From the IMG/VR virus record IMGVR_UViG_3300021963_000030: a stretch of 64,000 bases of DNA; one strand, written 5' to 3'. Source of the DNA: a virus. The position numbers and the translations under genes were made by a program. The notes under the pieces were generated by a model. It was not told the DNA's origin, searched no databases, and saw only the letters and a list, made by a program, of their open reading frames with translations. Position 1 is the first letter of the stretch. Every line of letters begins with the position of its first letter. Shown piece by piece: positions 28,997-38,914 of this stretch.

Positions 28997-29811
28997 TTGG
29001 AAAAGTAGTTTTTCCAAAACTTGTATACATCCACAATGTTACTTTCGTTAACATTGTTGTTTTCAATAATATATTTCCATGATCTAAAACATTCGACATC
29101 GACTGGAGTTCCAAGACATGCGTATTTTGTGGCATCATATTGGGTTACTTTTAGTCCATCTTGAATCATTAGGTTGTAAGGAACAGTAACATAGTATTCA
29201 CCATTGACGCAAATCTTTTCATTCATTAGACGATTGAAATAGTGTTTCATCAATTTACCAGTCTTAAAGTAATAGATACCATTTGATGCTGGTTCATTTG
29301 GTTTTACTAATTCCATGGGTTTCTTTTCATGCACATACGATACAAAACCCTTTTCATCCACCGTGAGAAATGCAAATGACTTGTTATACAATTTATGTGG
29401 CACAAAACCAGTGTGAGTCACAACAACACCATCTGAATTTGATTCTCGACAGTGTTTAAGAAAATCTGTAAAGTCCCAATTTTGTGTGAGATCACAATAG
29501 CTTACAATTACTTCTTCGTCATCGGGGATGTTGTCAAAAGCATTTGAAATCGAATATACAGGACCCAGTGTATTTTTGTCGATAGCTACAATCTTTGACA
29601 CCTTGGATTCTAATATGGCCCTTTCAATAGCGTTAGCTGACAAATCATCTTTTCTGACAATGAATATAAAGTCTTTGTCTTCTACGGTGGGAAACATGTC
29701 CAACACATAATCCAATATCTTTTTACCCTCGATCTTTATCAAAGCCTTAATTGGATATCCCTTTGATGTAAAACGTTCACTATTTCCCGAAAGTGTTATA
29801 ACAATCTTCAT
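28993..29811 (-). CDS. nucleotidyltransferase (dTDP-glucose pyrophosphorylase-like)
   Basis: LSGNSERF...IKALIK, VSYCD, ASNGIYYF, NGEYYV, LGTPVD; start placed at ATG 29811. Confidence 0.88.
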   Translation of the reverse strand: MKIVITLSGNSERFTSKGYPIKALIKIEGKKILDYVLDMFPTVEDKDFIFIVRKDDLSANAIERAILESKVSKIVAIDKNTLGPVYSISNAFDNIPDDEEVIVSYCDLTQNWDFTDFLKHCRESNSDGVVVTHTGFVPHKLYNKSFAFLTVDEKGFVSYVHEKKPMELVKPNEPASNGIYYFKTGKLMKHYFNRLMNEKICVNGEYYVTVPYNLMIQDGLKVTQYDATKYACLGTPVDVECFRSWKYIIENNNVNESNIVDVYKFWKNYFSN

Positions 29812-30250
29812 AAAATTTAATGTTGTCACTTATTATGCCATCAAACTGTAAAATTTCATCGACAGTATAGTTTGACATTTCTGGCATCATTAATATGCCT
29901 TTTCTATAAGTAGTAACTGTGTGCGGATTTATTAGAATTTTTCCTTTACTAGATAGTGTAAATTTATCATTGGTGTGACTGAATATGTCCAATACTGGTA
30001 ATGAACTCAATTTGAACAATGAAGCATCATCTTTACAGTGGATCAGTAATCTTGTATAATGTTTTTTCAAAAACTGGTCATTAATTTTCCACACGGGTTC
30101 ATCGTGACCTAAATATAATACATCATCTTTACACCAAATATCAATTTCGACATCATATCCCTCTGATATCACGTTTTCGATAACGGATGGAACGTTTTCG
30201 TTGATCTTATGACGACCCTGTAAGTTTCCTCTATGACTAATGAATTTCAT
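29780..30250 (-). CDS. GDPD/PLC-like phosphodiesterase-fold protein
   Basis: ISHRGN...EN, GYDVEID, LYLGHD, IHCK; start placed at MKFISHRG (30250). Confidence 0.8.
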   Translation of the reverse strand: MKFISHRGNLQGRHKINENVPSVIENVISEGYDVEIDIWCKDDVLYLGHDEPVWKINDQFLKKHYTRLLIHCKDDASLFKLSSLPVLDIFSHTNDKFTLSSKGKILINPHTVTTYRKGILMMPEMSNYTVDEILQFDGIISDNIKFYEDCYNTFGK

Positions 30251-30317
30251 TTTTACAATATATATTTGAAAGTCAAATTCCAAAACAACTATATCCAAAA
30301 TATAATAATTCATCAAA

Positions 30318-30345
30318 TTGACATGTCGTCTAGTTATGGTATGAT
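30318..30345 (+). promoter_or_regulatory. sigma70-type promoter with extended -10
   Basis: TTGACA-16nt-TATGAT with TGn, 15 nt before ATG 30361. Confidence 0.65.
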
Positions 30346-30360
30346 TGAATCTAAACTAAT

Positions 30361-30795
30361 ATGAAAGTTATTACAATACAACAACCGTTTTATTTAAAGT
30401 ATGTTTCGGCTCTCAAGAAGTTGACAAAAAAGTTATCTAGAATCAAGACCGAACCAAAAATTCAAAGAGAGTCTGATCTGTGGTATGGTCTTGAACAAGC
30501 AAATGACAAACCATTTAGGTGGTCTCATCCACTAACAAAGGTTAATATTCAAAACGTAGACAAGGTTGTATTTGTTTTTTCTGATCCAATTGGTCGAGAA
30601 ATGACTTTCAAATCAAAAGAGGTAGACCACACTATCAAGTTGGCACCAGGGGAAGAATACAAGGTAATTGTATCTACGTATGATGCAAATGAAATCTCCA
30701 TCAGAATAGATCCATTTAATCCAGATAACGACACACGTTCACTTGGTGCTCAATATTATTCTATCACTTCTGAAGATACATTGGTATTGAACTAA
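30361..30795 (+). CDS. GT-associated beta-sandwich-like domain protein (paralog A)
   Basis: WYGLE...FRWS...DP.GRE...NDTRSLG, shared with 32223-32648. Confidence 0.7.
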   Translation: MKVITIQQPFYLKYVSALKKLTKKLSRIKTEPKIQRESDLWYGLEQANDKPFRWSHPLTKVNIQNVDKVVFVFSDPIGREMTFKSKEVDHTIKLAPGEEYKVIVSTYDANEISIRIDPFNPDNDTRSLGAQYYSITSEDTLVLN

Positions 30796-30796
30796 T

Positions 30797-32215
30797 ATGG
30801 AGAAATACAATCAGAACAGTATTGATTTCTTACGAGAACGTAGTAATTCTTTGGTGTTGATATCCAAAGATAAAACTGTTCTTGATAGTTTGAAGTCTGA
30901 AAAAGACATTGAACTATATTTGATCGATGATATGGATGCTTTGAATGGTATTGGTATCTATAATGAATTGATCAAGAAACTTGGCAAAACGTTTGTATTT
31001 GTCAATAGTAGTTTCGAAGAAAATAAGTTCTTAAGGTTTGTAGTCAATAGAACGCTGAATGTATTTGAAAAGGAAAAGATTTTTTGTAATATTATCGTAT
31101 ATCCAAAATATGATTTTCCTCGTAAAGAGACCCTCAAGAAGATCAGTCTAATCAAGTTGTTCAATCGATCAAATATCGAATTGGACATCGTGGACTCGGT
31201 ATATTACGTTGGTCAGTATGGAACAAGTGGTTATGCTACCGCAGCTAAAGGTTACATCGCAGAATATGTTACAAAAGGTGTTCCAATTTGTTGGCACACG
31301 TTACGGTTTGATAGTAGTAAACTCGATACCACAAACTACGTCAATGCTCTTGCTGAAAGCGCAATGAATCGATCTTTGCCTGGTAAAGATCAAATTACGT
31401 TACATTCGACTCCCGATTTGTGGCCCGAGTTCATAAGAAAGTATGAATGTTCTAAATACAAACGTGTTGTGGGATATTGTGCTTGGGAAAGTAGTAAGTT
31501 ACCTTCTAAGTGGGTTGATTGTATTAACATGATACCTGAGGTATGGGTTCCGTCTGTATACAACAAAGAGGTTTATGAAAAATGTGGTGTCAAATCCAAA
31601 GTAGAAGTTGTGCCTCACGTATGGTTTGATCAAAAACTCTTGGATAAGAGTAAGATTAATATTACCGACTGTTTCGGAACTGAACTAAGCAAGACCAAAT
31701 ATACATTTTATAGCATTGGTGAGTTGACCGCACGTAAGAGTATTGAAGAGTTGGTTAAGGTATTTGACAAGTTAAATAATAAGTATCCTAATACCCAACT
31801 TCTTTTAAAGGTTCACTATAAAGATTATACTCTAAACAACATTAATTATATCGTTAACAAGTTGAGTGTATTGACTGATAAAATCGGTAAAAGTGTTCAC
31901 TTGTTGTTGATGAATCTTAACGAACGTGAAATGTTAAGTTTGCACAGTTTTGGTGACTGTTATGTAAGTCTTACTAAGTCAGAAGGATTTGGATTGACTA
32001 TCTTTGAAGCATTTCATCTTAAAAAGGATGTTATTGCTACTGGATATAGTGGTCACATCGACTTTCTTGGCAAAGACCATCCTGGATTGGTAAAATATAA
32101 AATTGGATCAATTCAAGGTATGGAAACGTTCAGTGCTAATTATACTAGTGACCAAGAATGGGCATACCCAGATTTGGAACATACTTATGCTTTAATGGAA
32201 TCAAAAGTGAAATAA
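30797..32215 (+). CDS. GT4-like glycosyltransferase with N-terminal extension
   Basis: SGYATAAKGY, HSTPD, WESSKLP, VWVPS, KSEGFGL. Confidence 0.88.
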   Translation: MEKYNQNSIDFLRERSNSLVLISKDKTVLDSLKSEKDIELYLIDDMDALNGIGIYNELIKKLGKTFVFVNSSFEENKFLRFVVNRTLNVFEKEKIFCNIIVYPKYDFPRKETLKKISLIKLFNRSNIELDIVDSVYYVGQYGTSGYATAAKGYIAEYVTKGVPICWHTLRFDSSKLDTTNYVNALAESAMNRSLPGKDQITLHSTPDLWPEFIRKYECSKYKRVVGYCAWESSKLPSKWVDCINMIPEVWVPSVYNKEVYEKCGVKSKVEVVPHVWFDQKLLDKSKINITDCFGTELSKTKYTFYSIGELTARKSIEELVKVFDKLNNKYPNTQLLLKVHYKDYTLNNINYIVNKLSVLTDKIGKSVHLLLMNLNEREMLSLHSFGDCYVSLTKSEGFGLTIFEAFHLKKDVIATGYSGHIDFLGKDHPGLVKYKIGSIQGMETFSANYTSDQEWAYPDLEHTYALMESKVK

Positions 32216-32222
32216 AAAAGTT

Positions 32223-32648
32223 ATGGATGACGCAATTATAATCAATCAATCATTTTGGAATAGACTCAAGAATATTTTGAGTGTCAAATCATTCAATAGT
32301 GCTAGCACATTGTCCTTGAGTGGAACTGACTGGCACGAAGTTGAAAAAGACTTGGATGGCAACAAGTTCAGATGGTCTTTTCCAAAAACTACAATCACAT
32401 ACGAAAATATATCAGCATTAAGAGTTAAATTCACATGTCCAGTAGGTCGAGAAGTTCGTATATACAATGACCGTATTAACTTCAAACAAAAGTTGACTCC
32501 AAACAAACCATACATATTTATAATTAACTGTGTTGGCACTAAAGACTTGACTATTGAGACAGATTCGTATATGCCAGAGAATGACACTCGTTCACTGGGT
32601 CTGTGCTTTGCTCAAGTGTGTGAACATCCAAGTCTATCTTGCCTGTAA
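32223..32648 (+). CDS. GT-associated beta-sandwich-like domain protein (paralog B)
   Basis: WHEVE...FRWS...CPVGRE...NDTRSLG. Confidence 0.7.
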   Translation: MDDAIIINQSFWNRLKNILSVKSFNSASTLSLSGTDWHEVEKDLDGNKFRWSFPKTTITYENISALRVKFTCPVGREVRIYNDRINFKQKLTPNKPYIFIINCVGTKDLTIETDSYMPENDTRSLGLCFAQVCEHPSLSCL

Positions 32649-32652
32649 AATA

Positions 32653-33690
32653 ATGAAAAAATTACTATATCTCTGTTGTCACTGTGTGTTGGAATATGAC
32701 GAACTCCGACTTCTTCATGAATTAGGTTATGATGTATTTACCAATGACGCATATCACCGTCCAAAAACGCCGGTAGTAAATAGAAGACCACCTCTGAATA
32801 TTGAAGATAAGCCAGATTATCTCCAGAAGTTTTACGATATGTGTCATGTCAATTCACATAATCCAGACGTTAAGCCAGAACAATACAATAACTTGTTGAC
32901 TGATGCCATGATTGATTCATTTGACACAATCATGATCATGCATCTTCCTAGATTCATTGAACAAAACTGGGATCGTATCAAACACAAGAATGTTATCTGG
33001 AGAACTATTGGACAATCTACTGCTGATGTTGAAGCCAAGATGCAAAAGTATCGTGCTGAAGGTCTGAAGATTGTTCGTTATAGTCCAAGTGAACGTGAAC
33101 TGGGTAATTACTGTGGTGAAGATGCGATGATTCGATTTGCCAAGTATAAGAACGATTATCTACCATATGTTGGCGATCAAAATTATGTGATGACGTTTGG
33201 TCAGAACGTGGTTGGTAGAGGTGATCATTGCAGATACGATTTGATTCGTCATGTTGCAAAAGATTTCAATTTCAAGTTGTTTGGACCAGGCAATCAAGCT
33301 GCTCCTATGGACTGTGGTGAATTGGACTACAAGGATCAGTTGGTTGAACTATCAAAGAACAAAGTCTATTTGTATAGTGGAACCTGGCCAGCATCTTATA
33401 CATTAAATTTCATGGAAGCCTGGATGAGTGGAATTCCAGTTGTTGCTCTCGGTGATGAACTCGCTAGCAAAGTTGGTAAGTTCCCATACGAAGTTAACAA
33501 GTTGATCAAACACGGAGAAAACGGATTCTGTTGCAACAATGTTGCTGAACTCAAGGAATGTATTCGTGAAATAATGACCGATACAAATTTTAGAAAGAAG
33601 ATCAGTGAGAATGGTAGAAAAGCTGCTATTGAATATTTTGATGCAGAATCTATCAAACCTCAATGGAAAGCATTTTTTGACAAACTATGA
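32653..33690 (+). CDS. GT4-like glycosyltransferase
   Basis: YTLNFMEAWMSGIPVV, IKHGENGF, ISENGRK; start placed at 32653. Confidence 0.85.
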   Translation: MKKLLYLCCHCVLEYDELRLLHELGYDVFTNDAYHRPKTPVVNRRPPLNIEDKPDYLQKFYDMCHVNSHNPDVKPEQYNNLLTDAMIDSFDTIMIMHLPRFIEQNWDRIKHKNVIWRTIGQSTADVEAKMQKYRAEGLKIVRYSPSERELGNYCGEDAMIRFAKYKNDYLPYVGDQNYVMTFGQNVVGRGDHCRYDLIRHVAKDFNFKLFGPGNQAAPMDCGELDYKDQLVELSKNKVYLYSGTWPASYTLNFMEAWMSGIPVVALGDELASKVGKFPYEVNKLIKHGENGFCCNNVAELKECIREIMTDTNFRKKISENGRKAAIEYFDAESIKPQWKAFFDKL

Positions 33691-34844
33691 AAGTATTTTG
33701 TGATTTTCACCATCGTGATTTAGTTAACTCAATGTGTCACCTATTCGAAAAAAGAATGGGTGCCGAACTGTATGTTCCTTATGGAATGGATTATTACAAA
33801 CAAGGATACTGGAGAATTGTTGATGCAAATATTGACAGTGTTGCGGAACAATTCTTGATAAACCAATTTGGTAATGATGGTCTACAAGAATTTACAGATA
33901 ATGAAGATGGAACAGTGTTGGTAAAGTCTAATGATGGTAAATTGCCATATAAAGGTATGGACTTTGAAACGTTCTGTAAAACTAAGTTCGACATCATTAT
34001 TGCTACTGTTCCAGCGCACATTCCTCTTTATATGAAGTTGTTGAAGGATCATCAACCTCAAGCCAAGTTTATTTTTGAAGCGGGTAACAATTGGGGTAAC
34101 ATCAACACCAACGTTCCCAACTTCTTGAATTCAACAACATATACATTTGTTTCGGGTGAAGATATACATGGGTTGACCATGACATCTCTTTACAAGAAAT
34201 TCCAAAAGAAGGACTTGTATAAGGGTATGCACAAGATATTCCAGAACAGACGTAATGGCAAGAAATGTAACATGGTTTTCTTCCATCCAGAATTTGATCT
34301 GAACATCTTTAAGAATAACAATAGTATCAAAAACATCAAGAGTATTAGTAACATACGTCATAACTGTAATACTCTTGGTGGGTTATATGAACTTGAACGT
34401 CGTTTACCAGATTGGACTATCAAAGCGTATGGTGTTGGTAATAGAGATGGCGAACTAAAGACAGATTATGACATTGCTAGAGTGATGAATGAATCTGGAT
34501 TTGTGTATCACGTTAAGCCTGTGGGTGACGGTTATGGATACAACGTTCACCAAACTTATGCTGTTGGTAGTATTTTGATTACAGACAGCAGTCACATGAC
34601 CAGCGCGGGAAATCCAGAAGAATGGTTTACGTCGCAACTATTATTGGACACTGAGAATTATGGAACCAAACCAACATTTGTTGATTGGGGTAAGTATAAC
34701 TACGACAGTGTGGTAAACAGATTGAAGTGGTGTGCCGATAACTATCCGACCATGCAAGAAAACGTCATAAATAAATTCAAAGAAGTTGTGGACTTTGATG
34801 AAGAATACCAAAAGATTCGTGTATTTATTGAAAGACTAATATGA
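33687..34844 (+). CDS. GT-B-like glycosyltransferase (paralog of 34841)
   Basis: MKVFCDFHH, GVGNRDG, HVKPVGDGYGYNVH. Confidence 0.7.
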   Translation: MKVFCDFHHRDLVNSMCHLFEKRMGAELYVPYGMDYYKQGYWRIVDANIDSVAEQFLINQFGNDGLQEFTDNEDGTVLVKSNDGKLPYKGMDFETFCKTKFDIIIATVPAHIPLYMKLLKDHQPQAKFIFEAGNNWGNINTNVPNFLNSTTYTFVSGEDIHGLTMTSLYKKFQKKDLYKGMHKIFQNRRNGKKCNMVFFHPEFDLNIFKNNNSIKNIKSISNIRHNCNTLGGLYELERRLPDWTIKAYGVGNRDGELKTDYDIARVMNESGFVYHVKPVGDGYGYNVHQTYAVGSILITDSSHMTSAGNPEEWFTSQLLLDTENYGTKPTFVDWGKYNYDSVVNRLKWCADNYPTMQENVINKFKEVVDFDEEYQKIRVFIERLI

Positions 34845-35836
34845 AAGTTTTAGCTGATTACCACCATTTATCTTTACTTAGATCCATTTACATTTTATTC
34901 AGTCAACGACTTAACTACGAATTGGAAATTCCTAGTGGTTGGGATTGGTATTTTGAAGGATCATTGTATAGTTCATATGCACCAGAAGTTGGGTCTTATA
35001 CAATACATCCCGAATTCGATAATGCATATTTTAAACAATACATGCCTAAACTAGGTGGTGGCAGTTTTGAAAAGTTCAAGAACAATGAATATGATATTGT
35101 TGTATGCACTTTGCTTGAAAACTATATCACTTGGCAAACATTGATCAAACACTACAACCTAAAATGTAAGTTGATCTTTCAAATAGGCAATAACATTCCA
35201 CTATGGTGTCAACCTACACAATTTGAAAACTTATTGTCTAGTTCATGGCCATGTTATGTAAACTACCCATGTAAGAACAAGGTGTTTTATCATCAAGAAT
35301 TTGACACAACCAAGTTTACCCAAAAGTTAGATTGTAATAGAAAGTCAATAGCTAACCTTCAACATTTTATGCAAATGCCTGAATTGTTTTATGGTCTTGA
35401 AAAAGCTATGCCGGACTATACATTCAAAGCACATGGTGCGGGTAATAGAGACGGATATATTCCAAACGGTGAAGATGAAATGTCTAATTTTATCAAAAAC
35501 CTTGGCTTCTTGTTTCACTGTAAGGTTGTAGATGAAGGTTATGGACATAATGTTCACAACGCATTTGCTTGTGGTAAGCCTGTGATCGTAGATTCTACGC
35601 ACATGGGTGTGGATTGGAATGGTTGGATTGGTAATACTGCGTCATTAATGTTTGAAGATGGTAAAACTGTTATTGATGTGAATGGTAAGACTCAAAAAGA
35701 AATTGAATTCAAAATCAGAGAAATGACAGAAAACTACGAAGAAGTTAGTAATTATGTTATGAAGAAGTTTAAACAAGTCAGTGATTTTGATTATGAGTTT
35801 CTTCAAATTAAGTCATTTTTGGCAAATCTAGTATGA
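34841..35836 (+). CDS. GT-B-like glycosyltransferase (paralog of 33687)
   Basis: MKVLADYHH, GAGNRDG, HCKVVDEGYGHNVHNAFACGKPVI. Confidence 0.7.
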   Translation: MKVLADYHHLSLLRSIYILFSQRLNYELEIPSGWDWYFEGSLYSSYAPEVGSYTIHPEFDNAYFKQYMPKLGGGSFEKFKNNEYDIVVCTLLENYITWQTLIKHYNLKCKLIFQIGNNIPLWCQPTQFENLLSSSWPCYVNYPCKNKVFYHQEFDTTKFTQKLDCNRKSIANLQHFMQMPELFYGLEKAMPDYTFKAHGAGNRDGYIPNGEDEMSNFIKNLGFLFHCKVVDEGYGHNVHNAFACGKPVIVDSTHMGVDWNGWIGNTASLMFEDGKTVIDVNGKTQKEIEFKIREMTENYEEVSNYVMKKFKQVSDFDYEFLQIKSFLANLV

Positions 35837-37038
35837 ACAACGACAAAAAAATCTCCCTACTGTTACCTGCAACTGGCGAACCACTACTGATGTATTGTTG
35901 GATGACTAACTTGCAAAAGTATAGTCATCACTTCGACAACATATTTGTATCGGTCGATTGTATGGGTCGATTGAACAGAATGGAGTTCATTTTTATTCAG
36001 AATTATCTCACCAGACTGTATAGAAAGTTTCCTAACCTACGTGACAATAGTGAATATCTGGTTGCGCAACACGGACTCAATATTGATCTATTGTTAAACA
36101 AGTATGAGCCTGATATCCGAGATAATGTATTGTTGATGGAAGAAGATGACTTTATCATCAATCCAAAGTTTGTCACAGAAAACATCAACGAGTATTTTGA
36201 TAAAGGATATGATGTCTTAGGTGTTGGTCGAGGATCAGCAACTCCATATTTGTTGGATACACTTTTGCCTTTGGTAAAACGTAGACCAAATCTTCAAATA
36301 GATACAACGTTAGCTCCAGACGATTCTGCTATAAGTTTTTGGCCAACTTTCTTTTTGACCAAGAAAAATTTGTTGGTAAAATCGTCAAGAGAATTTTATT
36401 CCAAAACTTGGCCTGCTGGGTCTGTTATTAAAATCGGAGACGAACAAGTAACTTTGGACAGAGAATGTAGTGGTGATACATTCGTAAGTTATGCTTATGA
36501 ATTGTATGGTAATCCAGAAGTCAAAAAGGTAAAATTATTGTCTAATACACCAGAAAAGTTGTTTACTTCAGAACATGCTTACCCTGTGGATCACTTGTAT
36601 AGAACATATCATTCTAGTCTACATGATAACGAACTATTGGATAAAGTGATACCAACATCGATGGACTTCCACGTTGGTTCTTTATCTACATTCATTTCAA
36701 ACAAGTTCTGGAAACCATTCAAAGGTGAATATGAAGAACATTCATACATGAAGGCAATGTATGCACAGAAGTCACAAGAAGGTTCTAACCATAACAATCT
36801 GTCTATCGTAGAACCGTATCGTAGATGTTTGTTGATGCGAGAGATGTTGAATGCAATCAAAAATCCAAAAGATTTTGAATACTACGACATTTATCAAGAG
36901 AATTTAAACAGAACCATAAACACATACGAAACTGAGAATGATATGGAAGCTATACTGAAAGCATACAATATCAATGGATTGACCGATGGAAAAATTGATA
37001 TTGACAAATATCGAACTATTGCTAAAATGATACTATGA
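35833..37038 (+). CDS. divergent GT-A-like glycosyltransferase
   Basis: ISLLLP, HG, LLMEEDDFI (DxD-like), FWPTFF, GDTF, FHVGS. Confidence 0.55.
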   Translation: MNNDKKISLLLPATGEPLLMYCWMTNLQKYSHHFDNIFVSVDCMGRLNRMEFIFIQNYLTRLYRKFPNLRDNSEYLVAQHGLNIDLLLNKYEPDIRDNVLLMEEDDFIINPKFVTENINEYFDKGYDVLGVGRGSATPYLLDTLLPLVKRRPNLQIDTTLAPDDSAISFWPTFFLTKKNLLVKSSREFYSKTWPAGSVIKIGDEQVTLDRECSGDTFVSYAYELYGNPEVKKVKLLSNTPEKLFTSEHAYPVDHLYRTYHSSLHDNELLDKVIPTSMDFHVGSLSTFISNKFWKPFKGEYEEHSYMKAMYAQKSQEGSNHNNLSIVEPYRRCLLMREMLNAIKNPKDFEYYDIYQENLNRTINTYETENDMEAILKAYNINGLTDGKIDIDKYRTIAKMIL

Positions 37039-37913
37039 ACAAAGTTGATTTATTTGTTATATCTAATCCGACGTTTGATAGTCCTCTTATAAGAGACTTT
37101 ATTCACAAGTATTATACAAGATTCAACAAAGTATTTTATGTGTTTTCTTACTCGCAAGATTTTAATGAAAATTGGAGACCCTATACCAACTTCATTGAAA
37201 ATGACTTAAAAGATAAGTGTGAGATTATATACTCCAGAATGTCTGGAGCATTAAATTCAGACTGGCGTGACGAAGCGGTTCATGAAGTTCTCAAACGATC
37301 AACAGGTGACTATATTTTTAGTATGGAGCCTGATTTTATTGGTGACTGGGAAAAGATAGTGAATATCATGTTGAATGTAGACTATTCACTATTTTCGGTG
37401 ATAGAACACAATCTTACTGGTATAAGAATGTGGCCATCTTTTTGGGGGTGTAAGAAGTCATTGATGTCACAAATAAAATATCTTAATTTTGGTGCTACTG
37501 TAGATCAACGTGTCAAAGATTTATTTGGTGTTGATTACAATAAACGTTTAAAATTTGATAATGATCAATTGAAGTATCTTAACGCAGATGCTGTTAAAAA
37601 CTTCTACAAAGAACACAAAATTATAACCGAAGAAATGTCAGTTCCTCATTTTTACGACCACTTTGATTTGGTGTCTACACAGTTGATGGATATTGTTCAA
37701 GATGATGGAAAACAGTTGTTGTTGCTTGATAGACTGGATGTGTATTTTAAACACTTTGCGGGCATCACCCACGATTATCTGATGATGTATGAACATGGTC
37801 GTAAAGCTAGAAATGGTCCGGCATATAGGCTATTTCATGAACAGTGTATGAAAACAACTGTTCAATTGTTTCCAGAGTGGGTGACCATTTCAAATAAAAT
37901 ACTAGAAGAATGA
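37035..37913 (+). CDS. divergent GT-A-like protein
   Basis: WRDEAV, FSMEPDF (ExD), MWPSFW, DHFD, HFAG. Confidence 0.5.
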   Translation: MNKVDLFVISNPTFDSPLIRDFIHKYYTRFNKVFYVFSYSQDFNENWRPYTNFIENDLKDKCEIIYSRMSGALNSDWRDEAVHEVLKRSTGDYIFSMEPDFIGDWEKIVNIMLNVDYSLFSVIEHNLTGIRMWPSFWGCKKSLMSQIKYLNFGATVDQRVKDLFGVDYNKRLKFDNDQLKYLNADAVKNFYKEHKIITEEMSVPHFYDHFDLVSTQLMDIVQDDGKQLLLLDRLDVYFKHFAGITHDYLMMYEHGRKARNGPAYRLFHEQCMKTTVQLFPEWVTISNKILEE

Positions 37914-38914
37914 ATTACATCATTATTCCATTTATAAGTTACTCTCATGGTGATAGAAAACTGGGCGAAATGTTGCATGATTATATTTTGTCAAGAATAT
38001 CTAGATTTCCATGTGATAATTTCATTTTTGTCGGAACATTGATGTCATGGAAAAGTAAGACAGTAAATATACATGGCAAAACTATTGAGTATATAGCAAC
38101 CGGTGCATGTCATCAAGAAAATTTGCAAATCGCAATCGATAAGTTAAACGATGACGATAAATTCATTATATTAGACAGTGACTTGATGATATACGACCAC
38201 AGTATTTTTACTCGTATATTCAATGATTTAGATCAACACGATGTTGTATCAAACATAGATGGGGGTTGCACAATAACTCCCACATATTTTCATACTTGGC
38301 AAAAAGGTCATTTTCCAGAAGATGAATATCGAAATTTCATGTATACATCTCCAATATTTGCGCCAAATGAATTTCGTGGTGGCAGAGGCCGATTTGCTGC
38401 AACTTTGTTTGGATGCACAAAAAAGTTTTGGATGACATATTGTGGTGAAAGTGAACAGTATAATTCACACGAATCCATGGAGATATTTTCCAGAAACGTT
38501 ATAAAACACTATCCACATGTAAAGTTTAAAGAGTTGAAGGATTATAGGTTCAACTTGTGGATCAATTTTGAAAATAACACTATTGATAAATATCAAAACT
38601 CGGACGATTCTAGATGCGATGAAGGTGCTACTAGATCAGGCGAATATTATCACATTAGAAACTTTGGTGAAACTATAAAAACTATAGAATATGTAAAGTC
38701 AAATACATCACATGTTCATTACAATCGACAAGAATCACAACGATTACTTTCGTGGTTCACAATTGTTTTGGAAAAGTTGATAGAAATTGATGCAAGTTAT
38801 TCTGAGTATACTAGTTATATAGACAGAATTCGTGAAGATATAGGTATCTCAAAAGAACTGTTTGACGATTACCAAAATCAATTTAAAGAATTTCATAGAA
38901 CTAATATGTTATGA
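37910..38914 (+). CDS. divergent GT-A-like protein
   Basis: YIIIP, HQENL, ILDSD (DxD), YYHIRN. Confidence 0.55.
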   Translation: MNYIIIPFISYSHGDRKLGEMLHDYILSRISRFPCDNFIFVGTLMSWKSKTVNIHGKTIEYIATGACHQENLQIAIDKLNDDDKFIILDSDLMIYDHSIFTRIFNDLDQHDVVSNIDGGCTITPTYFHTWQKGHFPEDEYRNFMYTSPIFAPNEFRGGRGRFAATLFGCTKKFWMTYCGESEQYNSHESMEIFSRNVIKHYPHVKFKELKDYRFNLWINFENNTIDKYQNSDDSRCDEGATRSGEYYHIRNFGETIKTIEYVKSNTSHVHYNRQESQRLLSWFTIVLEKLIEIDASYSEYTSYIDRIREDIGISKELFDDYQNQFKEFHRTNML

